Virus record (IMG/VR): IMGVR_UViG_3300037465_000365
Coordinates: 1-25,430 of that record
Length of the DNA stretch: 25,430 bases
Source of the DNA: a virus
Taxonomy: Duplodnaviria > Caudoviricetes
Strand: one strand, 5' to 3'
The notes below the pieces were generated by a model. That model was not told the origin of the DNA, made no database searches, and was given only the letters and a program-made list of their open reading frames with translations. This document shows positions 17,115-24,763 of the stretch, piece by piece (the stretch's first letter is position 1; every line of letters begins with the position of its first letter). Made by a program: the position numbers and the translations under genes.

Positions 17115-18577
17115 GCGGCGACGGCCTCGACCGTCACGCATCGCCACGGAACGAGGGCGGCCAGCGTCGTATCGCCCCAGCCGGGCCGCGCGACGCTCAG
17201 GACGTGCTCCGGTAGGAGCGGCGTGAGCTTTTGTACGTTCGCCCGTCCCTTCTCGTGCGCGTAGCGATAGTCGTCCACAACGTATACCGTCTCAGGTACC
17301 GATAGCGCACGAATGAGCGGCAGGTCGGCATCCTGAATGCGCCCATCAAAGAAAAAGAGGTCAGCGCGCACGCCGGCGTCGCGGAGCTCGGTCAGCATCT
17401 GCGTGCTCAGACAGTAGGGGAATTGCGTCACGGCCGATGGCGTCGGAAGGTCGGCCTTCGGGAGGCAGTCGTTATCGCGGTCGCAGGTATAGATCCGGTC
17501 ACTGGCCCGGAGGGCAAGCGTCGAATGACCAATGAACGTTCCGATCTCGATCACGACCTTCGGTCGGACGATTTCGCAGATGACCCGGAGTGCGAGGCCG
17601 GTCTCCTCGTTTACGGCCCCGGTCTGGTACCGAGCCCGCGTACGCCACGTATCAGCTAGCGCGTAGGCGGCTTGGACCTCGGAGCGCCACGCCGCCGGAG
17701 CGGCACGTACGCCGGCCTCGACGAGCAGGCCGAACGCCTCACCGGTCTTCGTCTGGATCGGTATATGGGCCATTGTCCTCACGGCCTGCGCCTTCTCTAC
17801 CTGATCGGCACAAGCGGCGTTCGGTAAATCCCATTCGCGAATCAGCGCCTGCATGAGCCCATCACCGTGGAAGACGCAGCAGATCGGATACGCCTCCAGC
17901 GCGTTCCGCATCTCGGCGACGGCATTTGCCATGATGCGGGACGTCTCGTAGGTCACGCCGCCCGCGTCCCACGTGTAACCGCCCTGCTTAGGTCCGTAGT
18001 GCGGCCCGGCATGACGGACGCCGGCGCGCGACGAGTTATCCATACCGTGGATCTCGAAGTGCCGATAGCCGAGGACGCCACCTAGATGGATCGCCGTCAG
18101 CCCGATCGACGACCCGCCGAAGATGATCAACTGGCCCGGGTCGTGCGTCGCGACCCAGTCGTCAGTCTCCTCGCCGGAGTTCGTATGCCAGAGTACGACG
18201 CGCCGACCGTCGAGCAGTCGCCACGTCTCCGGCGGGCAGCACGACGCCATCAGGTACGTCACGCCGTCGATCGGCGGATCAAGGTGTTTGATCTTATGCG
18301 CCCGTGGATCCATGTCGGCGTGATAATCGGCCACGACCCCGCGGTCGGCGAGAAAGCGCGTCGCGCCGGACATCGAGAGGATTGGCCGCGCGAGTTGTCG
18401 CCACGTCTCGCCGAGCGATGGGCCGTAGCAGGCAATCGAGATCGGCTCTAGCCCGCGCGGTCGCTCGTACCGGAGTCGTGGATAGCCGCGCGCGGCAGCA
18501 ACGCGGACAGCCTCAGCCATCTGCGCCGCGCGATCCGGAAACGACATTGCGGCAATGAGATGATAGGGAATCTTCAT
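17111..18577 (-). CDS. Fusion: Maf/DUF115 (MptE-like) domain + class I SAM methyltransferase (Methyltransf_24-like), 488 aa
   Basis: N half: IACYGPSL, DPR, ASCCPP, GGSSIG..AI.L...LGYR...HGMD.S; C half: VIEIGTFIGHST, DLFFFDG, VVDDY. Confidence 0.8.
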   Translation of the reverse strand: MKIPYHLIAAMSFPDRAAQMAEAVRVAAARGYPRLRYERPRGLEPISIACYGPSLGETWRQLARPILSMSGATRFLADRGVVADYHADMDPRAHKIKHLDPPIDGVTYLMASCCPPETWRLLDGRRVVLWHTNSGEETDDWVATHDPGQLIIFGGSSIGLTAIHLGGVLGYRHFEIHGMDNSSRAGVRHAGPHYGPKQGGYTWDAGGVTYETSRIMANAVAEMRNALEAYPICCVFHGDGLMQALIREWDLPNAACADQVEKAQAVRTMAHIPIQTKTGEAFGLLVEAGVRAAPAAWRSEVQAAYALADTWRTRARYQTGAVNEETGLALRVICEIVRPKVVIEIGTFIGHSTLALRASDRIYTCDRDNDCLPKADLPTPSAVTQFPYCLSTQMLTELRDAGVRADLFFFDGRIQDADLPLIRALSVPETVYVVDDYRYAHEKGRANVQKLTPLLPEHVLSVARPGWGDTTLAALVPWRCVTVEAVAA

Positions 18578-18594
18578 ACCATAGCCTATCCCCC

Positions 18595-19776
18595 CTAGAT
18601 CGCACGTGCCCCAACATTCCAGGCGATCACGTAGCCGCCATCCATGACCTTCGCGGTGGTGTTCGCGACTTCTGCCTTCGCGTCAAAGATGAGGTTCCCA
18701 CTCCCGGAGCAGAGCAACTCGCCGGCGATCTCGAGGTACCGGATGGCGCCAGCCGTCCCCGACGTGATCTGCATAATGTCACCAGAGCTTTGACGACCGG
18801 TCGTCTGCATCGCCAAGGCAGGCGCGGCGGCCGCCTGCGTGAAATGACCGCGGAAGTAGGCGTACCGGGCCGCCGGGAAGGTTGCGATACCTATATTGAT
18901 TCCGCCGGCCGCCGAATCGAGCGACCACGGGATGACGGCGCGAATTGCATAAATGAAGCCGGACGCGATCGGTACCGTCAGCGCGTTGATATTCGCGGTG
19001 ACGGTCGTCGCAAAATTCTGCGTCGCAGTCATCGCGAGAACCTGTGCGCTCGGAGGCGACCCAGCTGCGCCGGTTGGACCGGTCACGCCGGTCGAGCCCG
19101 TCGGTCCCGTCGGTCCCTGCGCGCCCTGCACTCCCGTCGGACCGGTCGGTCCGGGTACCGTCGAGTCTGCACCCGTCGAGCCCGTCGGTCCCGTCGGTCC
19201 CTGCGCGCCCTGCACTCCCGTCGGACCGGTCGGTCCGGGTACCGTCGAGTCTGCACCCGTCGAGCCCGTCGGTCCCGTCGGTCCCTGTGCGCCCTGTACT
19301 CCCGTCGAGCCCGTCGGACCGGTCGGTCCCTGCGCACCCTGTACTCCGGTCGGACCGGTCGGTCCCTGTGCGCCCGTCGGGCCAGTTATCCCAGCCGACC
19401 CGGTCGCTCCGGTTGGCCCAGTCGGTCCCGTCGGTCCCGTCGTGCCGCTCGTCAGAGCCTCCTCGATATCCGTGATGACCTTCTTCGTGATCGTGAGCGC
19501 GATAAAATCGCCAACGGTGACGACGCGCGCGGTCGTCCCTTCCTGCGCGCGCGAGATCGTGAACATATCGCCGGTGATTGCCGTGACGCGGACGATCTCG
19601 GCATTCGTCGGATCGGGGAAGGCTCCACTCGGCCAGATCGTCGCGTTGAATGGGGCAATTGGGAAGCGGCTGCCCTGCCCGGCACCGACGGTCAGCGTAG
19701 TCCCAGAGGCCGGAGGGCTCGGCGTAGTCGCAACGGTCGCGACCGCAAGATTTTGGTGCGCGTCGAAGCTGGGCAT
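18595..19776 (-). CDS. Collagen-like (Gly-Pro-Thr) fibre protein, 393 aa
   Basis: ~110-aa N-terminal phage fibre anchor-like domain (EIVRVTA..GD..T..RAQEGT), ~130-aa G-X-Y region, ~150-aa beta-rich C-terminal head. Confidence 0.9.
   Translation of the reverse strand: MPSFDAHQNLAVATVATTPSPPASGTTLTVGAGQGSRFPIAPFNATIWPSGAFPDPTNAEIVRVTAITGDMFTISRAQEGTTARVVTVGDFIALTITKKVITDIEEALTSGTTGPTGPTGPTGATGSAGITGPTGAQGPTGPTGVQGAQGPTGPTGSTGVQGAQGPTGPTGSTGADSTVPGPTGPTGVQGAQGPTGPTGSTGADSTVPGPTGPTGVQGAQGPTGPTGSTGVTGPTGAAGSPPSAQVLAMTATQNFATTVTANINALTVPIASGFIYAIRAVIPWSLDSAAGGINIGIATFPAARYAYFRGHFTQAAAAPALAMQTTGRQSSGDIMQITSGTAGAIRYLEIAGELLCSGSGNLIFDAKAEVANTTAKVMDGGYVIAWNVGARAI
19091..19287. repeat. Perfect 84-bp tandem repeat (~2.3 copies) within the collagen region
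   Basis: 19091-19174 equals 19175-19258, with identity continuing to 19287; encodes [28 protein letters not shown]. Confidence 0.9.
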
Positions 19777-19782
19777 CGCGAC

Positions 19783-20196
19783 CTATCGGGTTAATGTACC
19801 GCGCATCGCCTCATAGACGAGTAGCGTGACGTCGACGAGTTTGTCGCCCCCGACGAGGAGATCATCAAGCTTGAGATCGGCATCACTGTTGAGATCCCCA
19901 ACGGTCCCGTCGAGGACGGCCGTCACGCCGTCCGCCATATACGCGCGGAACCACGTCGCGCGCGCGACGGCCCCATCAGCCGGGACTCGCTCGAGCACCC
20001 GGGCCTGCGCGACGCCATTGATCGGGGAATAAAACGCGGGCACCGCGAATCGGAGCCGCGCGAGTTCTGGTCCCGTCGGCTCAGCCCCAGGGTGCGTCGG
20101 CAGATACCCGCCATATAGCACGAGCCAGCCGCCGTCGAGGCACGTCCCGATCGCCTCGGCCTCTGCGTTGAGCGCCGCCGTCGCCCGCCACGCCAT
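19783..20196 (-). CDS. Putative virion structural protein (137 aa)
   Basis: LDGG.L.LY.G..P, LA.LRF..PAF, ATWFR...DG.T.VLDGTVG..DL.L pattern recurrent in phage structural regions; start moved to ATG 20196 (TGATG overlap). Confidence 0.7.
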   Translation of the reverse strand: MAWRATAALNAEAEAIGTCLDGGWLVLYGGYLPTHPGAEPTGPELARLRFAVPAFYSPINGVAQARVLERVPADGAVARATWFRAYMADGVTAVLDGTVGDLNSDADLKLDDLLVGGDKLVDVTLLVYEAMRGTLTR

Positions 20197-20366
20197 CAGC
20201 GCGACCCCCGACCTCGTATCTGACGGATTGGGTACCAGCGTCCCGCGAGCCGCTGCTGAATAGCCCCGTTCCGCTGCCGAAAGACGCGCCCCAGAATCGT
20301 AAATCGATCCCACGCGATCGGAATCCGGTGCGTCGGACCCCCCCGCAGCACCCTCAGTACCGTCAT
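20196..20366 (-). CDS. Small basic hypothetical protein (56 aa)
   Basis: Not in track; MTVLRVLRGGPTHRIPIAWDRF...; its TGA overlaps the next ATG. Confidence 0.4.
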   Translation of the reverse strand: MTVLRVLRGGPTHRIPIAWDRFTILGRVFRQRNGAIQQRLAGRWYPIRQIRGRGSR

Positions 20367-20372
20367 GAGACG

Positions 20373-20612
20373 TTACCAGTATCGCGTCGCGCCGCAGACC
20401 TCGCAGATCGCAAGGCCGTTGCCCAGCAGTCGGTGCTGCGTATGCCGGATCCATCTCGGATCCGATCGCGCGACGCGCGCGTATGGGTCGCGAAATCGTG
20501 CCGCGACGGCGTCGAACCGGGCGAGATCCGGGCTACACCGCCCTTCACAGACGAGCGAGGCGACGGGCCACGCCGCGCGTGATTGGCCGACGTCGATTAC
20601 TGGAAGCCTCAC
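20373..20612 (-). CDS. Small hypothetical protein with CxxC (79 aa)
   Basis: GTGA overlap with portal stop, SD GGAGGAG; CEGRC ... CEVCG. Confidence 0.55.
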   Translation of the reverse strand: MRLPVIDVGQSRAAWPVASLVCEGRCSPDLARFDAVAARFRDPYARVARSDPRWIRHTQHRLLGNGLAICEVCGATRYW

Positions 20613-22480
20613 GACTCCTCCTCAATAATCCGCGTAATACGGCCTTTCTCGTCTCGCTCGACGCGCTTCGCCTTCGCCTTCGGCTTCGGCGGCGGGGTCG
20701 CCTTCTCGGTCGGCGCCTGCACGACGACCGCTGGCGCGGGGACGACAATCGGCGGCGGCGGCGCGACGTGAACGTCAACCTGTGGGGCTGGCGGCGCTTC
20801 GACGGTAACGGCCGGAGCCGCCACGTGGACATCCACCTGCGGCGGCAGTGGAGCCTCGACGTGGACCGACGGCGCCGGCACGACGATCGGCGCGGGTGCC
20901 TCGACAACCGCGGCCGGCACATGAATCGCCGGGGCCTCGACCTGCACGGACGGCGCGGGCGGGGCCTCGACGTAGACGTCCGGAGGGACAACCGTCGGCT
21001 GGACCGTGACGTGTGGCTCGATCGACGGAACGTGGACATGCGTCGTAATCGCCGGGGCCGCTGGAGAGAAGACCGGCGGCGGCGCAGCCCGTAACGTCGC
21101 CTCGAGCCGCTCGAGGATCGATTCGATCCGCGCGAGACCAGCATCCTCCCCCTTCGTCATCGATGGCTCGTCAGGTATAGGCCGTGGCGCGACGGGCGGC
21201 TCGCCTGCGAGAGCTGGCGGCAGCTGGGCGCGCTGGCGCAGGTATCGCTCCAATCCCTCGTCAGGGAACAGTAGACCCGCGTTCGAGGTAGCCGTCAGAA
21301 AGTTCGCCAAATCCGTGAGCCCGATCTCCGCGACTGGCCCGTGCGCGAGCGACGGGCTGAGCGCGACCGGCCAGCCGTTGAGGCTCACGAGCGTCGGGAT
21401 CGCGAAGCGGTTGATCACATCGCAGATCCCGTCCAAGAATCCCGACGCGGCATGACTGAACGTGTCGCGCGCGTCCTCGCGCATCGATCGCGCGCCAGCC
21501 TTCTCGTGACCGACGAGCATGAAATCGGTCATCATCGAGATCGCGATCTCGGCGTTCAGTTGCGCGATAACGGCCGTAATGTCGAACTGCCGACCGCCGG
21601 CCGACGCGAGGAGTTCGAGCGTCCAGCCGAAGGGTTTGATAATCCCTTCATGTTCGTCGCGCCGAATGTTCCGGACGATCTTCTCCGCCGTCGCTTTGAG
21701 CGTCACGGCCTTCGCATCGTTCGTATTCCAGATGTCGAGCCCCTGCGGCGGCGTCAGGACAGGTAACCCTGCCAAATCGCGCTCGATCCCAATCCCGCGC
21801 ACGATCTGGATCCGGCGCTTCAAGTAGTACGGCACGTACGCCGTGCGCAGAATACTGACGCCCTCAGGCGAATTGCGCTCGACGAGTGTACGGAAGAGAA
21901 GCGACTTCGTAATCGGGATCGAGACCTCGCGGTACGTCGGCGAGGTCAACTGCTGCACCATCGCCCGGATACCGCCAGTCTCATCGAACTCCCAGCGTCG
22001 CAGCGTCTCCTGCCCACGTATCGCCCACTTGCGCCAGCCGATTCGCTGGTCGGCGAACCGGGACCGTGTCGTCGGATCGTTCGTGGCCCCCTCGCGCCGC
22101 TTGAAGACGACCTCGAAATAGCTCCAGCCGTAGATCAGGAACGAAAAGATTTCCCCGAGCAGGTCGCGCCAACTCTGGCTCATATCGTCGAAGAGCGCGC
22201 CACGGACGAACTCGGCGATGCCGTCTGCTTGGGGATCGCCGGCGCGCGCGCTATCGATACGGAAAGTGGCTTCGCGCGCCAGCGTGGTATAGGCAAGGAG
22301 CGACGCGCCGATAATCGGATCGTTCCGCGCCATCTCGCGGAACGTCTTGACGCCGCTCGTCCCGCGAAGCTCGCGAAGGAACTCCTCATCGAGGACGCCG
22401 CTCCAGTGCTTCAGCCCGGTCGCGCCGATCTCGACGAAGCGCTGCGCCTCCTGACTGGGTACCAGGTTAACGACGGCCAT
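20609..22480 (-). CDS. Portal protein (DUF935 / Mu gp29-like) with Pro/Val-rich C-terminal extension, 623 aa
   Basis: EIGATGL, FREM..NDPII, YGWSYFEVV, PEG.SILR.AY, GIERDLAGLP, NR.AIP.L..LN; SD AGGAG before ATG 22480. Confidence 0.9.
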   Translation of the reverse strand: MAVVNLVPSQEAQRFVEIGATGLKHWSGVLDEEFLRELRGTSGVKTFREMARNDPIIGASLLAYTTLAREATFRIDSARAGDPQADGIAEFVRGALFDDMSQSWRDLLGEIFSFLIYGWSYFEVVFKRREGATNDPTTRSRFADQRIGWRKWAIRGQETLRRWEFDETGGIRAMVQQLTSPTYREVSIPITKSLLFRTLVERNSPEGVSILRTAYVPYYLKRRIQIVRGIGIERDLAGLPVLTPPQGLDIWNTNDAKAVTLKATAEKIVRNIRRDEHEGIIKPFGWTLELLASAGGRQFDITAVIAQLNAEIAISMMTDFMLVGHEKAGARSMREDARDTFSHAASGFLDGICDVINRFAIPTLVSLNGWPVALSPSLAHGPVAEIGLTDLANFLTATSNAGLLFPDEGLERYLRQRAQLPPALAGEPPVAPRPIPDEPSMTKGEDAGLARIESILERLEATLRAAPPPVFSPAAPAITTHVHVPSIEPHVTVQPTVVPPDVYVEAPPAPSVQVEAPAIHVPAAVVEAPAPIVVPAPSVHVEAPLPPQVDVHVAAPAVTVEAPPAPQVDVHVAPPPPIVVPAPAVVVQAPTEKATPPPKPKAKAKRVERDEKGRITRIIEEES

Positions 22481-22637
22481 GAATGGCGAGCTCCTGGCCA
22501 CCGAGCGACCGAATCGTGGCGAAGATGTCCTGGGCTTGGCGAATCTGCTCGGGCGAGCCACCAAGGATCATCTGCTCGCGACCGAGCGGATCGTAAAAGA
22601 CCTGATCAGCTCCCTCGAATGGTCGAGCGTCGATCAT
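22467..22637 (-). CDS. Small hypothetical protein (56 aa)
   Basis: ATG 22637 overlaps upstream TGA; stop overlaps the portal start region. Confidence 0.45.
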   Translation of the reverse strand: MIDARPFEGADQVFYDPLGREQMILGGSPEQIRQAQDIFATIRSLGGQELAIHGRR

Positions 22638-22879
22638 GATTCCGCCGCCGTCCGTGATATCGCCGTCGGCTGAAGACCGAGGCACCGCTCCAGCCATGCG
22701 TACCCGCAGCGCGCGCAGACCCGATGGAGGTGTGGGAGAGTCCTGCTATCGCCAAGGCGTTGGATCGGTTCATAGCCACCGCTCCCATTCGAGAGACACT
22801 CAGTGACGCAATAGCGATAGCTCGCCTGATCCGATCCACAGGCGCGGCAGAAGCTCGCGAACGGCAGCAAGTCCATCAT
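22634..22879 (-). CDS. Small zinc-ribbon-like protein (81 aa)
   Basis: CRACG ... HRVCARCGYAW.E.C. Confidence 0.65.
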   Translation of the reverse strand: MMDLLPFASFCRACGSDQASYRYCVTECLSNGSGGYEPIQRLGDSRTLPHLHRVCARCGYAWLERCLGLQPTAISRTAAES

Positions 22880-22901
22880 CGCGCGCGATTCTCGCGTTCA
22901 C

Positions 22902-22981
22902 AGTATAGCCGAATCCCGGAGTACCGCGAGCGCGCCGGCTGGCGTTTGTGGCGCGGGCGCCCGACGCGTGGGCGCCCGCGC
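22902..22981 (-). promoter_or_regulatory. GC hairpin and -10-like TATACT between terminase and portal unit
   Basis: Perfect 12-bp inverted repeat 22951-22962 / 22970-22981 (no U tract); TATACT at 22902-22907, 22 nt before ATG 22879; no good -35. Confidence 0.3.
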
Positions 22982-23011
22982 GCGACTACCCCCGCGGACC
23001 CCGTGACTCGG

Positions 23012-24763
23012 TTAACGCCACCAGTCGCCACGCTCGCCTCGCACGACGGCCCACGGGCTCGGTGTTTCGCCGACGATGATCGGCGAAGCCCCCTCCGGTA
23101 GCGCCCCCTCGGTCTCCTGGACCGAGGCGTAGATAGCCGCCTCGCCACGGTCCGGGCTCCGGCCTAGTCGCTGGCGCACAAGATCCTTCTCCTCGATTGC
23201 TAATCCGCGCGTCGTCATCGTCCAGCGTACAGCCGTGAGGTCCGCCTTCAGGACTGGGTCCGGCGGCAGGGCATAGCGCTCGGTATTCGACGGGTCGAGC
23301 AATTCCCGCATGCGCCAGTACCACTTCGCCCGCCGATTCGCGAAGCGAATCCGCGCACGAGGGTCAGCGGCGCGCGTCGTCTCATCGGTCCGCTCGGATC
23401 CAATCAGCGGCACGACCAGCATCCGGTAGGCCGTCGTACACTGATCGACACAGGAGAGCCCCCCGCCGATCGCGTCGATCTGGACCGGTACCTCGCGGCT
23501 GCCGACGGCGGACCAGATTAGCTCGGCGCCCACGATACCGTTGGCGACGGCTGCGCCCGGGTAGGTCTTCAGCGGCGCGAGCCACGGGCCGCGCCGGAGC
23601 GCAATCGCAAACTCATCCTCGCCGCCCCAAGCGGGATCGACGCCGATTTGACTGAGCGGCCACCGCTCGCCGCCATCAGGCGTCCAGCGCGCCTGCGCGG
23701 CCTCGACCCAGGCCGTCGGGATCACTTGGCGCCGATCGTCCGGGATCGCTGCGGCAAAATCCCCTGTCCGGACGAGCGCCCGGATCGCGTTCGGCATCGC
23801 GTCCAGCACGTCGGCGTAGCCGGTCCGCAGATAGTACGGATTATCCTCGACCGTCGAGGGAAGAAAGGTCCGGCTCCGCGGCGTGAGGCGACGGCCGCTC
23901 ACAAGGACGGGATCGGGCCGCGCGGATCCGCTCGTCGGGCCGTCGACCTCGAGGCTCTCACCCTGATCGCCCTCGACATACCAGCGAAGCTCGCCCGGCT
24001 TAGCCGGCCGCGGATGTGATCGCAGCAGCCACGGCCCCCAGTACTCAAGTACCCATTGCCCAGCCGCCGTGAGCGGAGGATTAAAGGTCGCGACGACCCG
24101 CTGCCGCTGCCCGGGGATCCCGGAGCGCAACCAACCGATTAAAAATCGGTAGGCGTCGCTTGGAATTTCGGTCAGCTCATCGAATCCAATCAAATCGCTC
24201 GCCTTCCCCTTCTGCCGCAACCAATGCTGTGGCAGATGCCCCGCCGCGCGGAAGGCGATCTGACGGTCACCAGGTAGCTCGCGCCACGCGAAGTGCGCCG
24301 GCACGCCCCGGATACCGATCAGCTCGATGCTCTGCTGCCAGAGCCCGCCCGCATCGCGGAATTGCGCGAACTCGCGACGGTAAATCGTCGTACGCCGATG
24401 CTGCGTGACGGCGAGACCGAGCATGAGATAACTCTTCCCGCCGCCACTCCCGCCGCCAAACGCCAGTTCGTCGGCCGGACTCTCGACGGCCGCTTGTTGC
24501 GGCGAGAGTAAGCGCCCGTCTGGCATGACGATGCCGCCGCCGATCTGACGGCCATGCGTATCGAGACGCGGGCCGATCGGCTGCCCACAATGCGTACACG
24601 TCCACGCCCCCGTACGCGTCTGCCCAAGACAGGCTTGGCATACGACGCCGAGCGGTTCCCAGATCGGCGCCGTGTGAGCCGGAGTTGGGTCCGTCGAGGC
24701 CGACTCGAAGGCATCGGCCATTTCGGTAAGGACGCGCCGCCACGAGATCGAATCGCGTCGCAT
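23012..24763 (-). CDS. terL: Terminase large subunit (583 aa)
   Basis: Walker A GGGSGGGKS, Walker B IGFDEL, motif III ATFNP, DNPY, nuclease GVDPA.GG.D and LGRSPD.GEA. Confidence 0.95.
   Translation of the reverse strand: MRRDSISWRRVLTEMADAFESASTDPTPAHTAPIWEPLGVVCQACLGQTRTGAWTCTHCGQPIGPRLDTHGRQIGGGIVMPDGRLLSPQQAAVESPADELAFGGGSGGGKSYLMLGLAVTQHRRTTIYRREFAQFRDAGGLWQQSIELIGIRGVPAHFAWRELPGDRQIAFRAAGHLPQHWLRQKGKASDLIGFDELTEIPSDAYRFLIGWLRSGIPGQRQRVVATFNPPLTAAGQWVLEYWGPWLLRSHPRPAKPGELRWYVEGDQGESLEVDGPTSGSARPDPVLVSGRRLTPRSRTFLPSTVEDNPYYLRTGYADVLDAMPNAIRALVRTGDFAAAIPDDRRQVIPTAWVEAAQARWTPDGGERWPLSQIGVDPAWGGEDEFAIALRRGPWLAPLKTYPGAAVANGIVGAELIWSAVGSREVPVQIDAIGGGLSCVDQCTTAYRMLVVPLIGSERTDETTRAADPRARIRFANRRAKWYWRMRELLDPSNTERYALPPDPVLKADLTAVRWTMTTRGLAIEEKDLVRQRLGRSPDRGEAAIYASVQETEGALPEGASPIIVGETPSPWAVVRGERGDWWR

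Noticed and set aside
19054-19446. Repeats as a possible CRISPR array or DGR repeat
   Set aside because: In-frame 9-nt-period collagen coding repeats with no unique spacers, no adenine-specific variation and no reverse transcriptase in the window.
20545-21144. Very Arg-rich 199-aa ORF resembling a protamine-like protein
   Set aside because: It is the alternative frame of the portal Pro/Val/Ala repeat; composition follows from those codons.
22876-23148. 90-aa ORF as a gene between terL and the Zn-ribbon ORF
   Set aside because: Half overlaps terL, low-complexity Arg-rich, and spans a hairpin and -10-like element better read as intergenic.
24503-24649. Intein in the terminase
   Set aside because: Far too short and lacks the terminal His-Asn followed by Cys/Ser/Thr.
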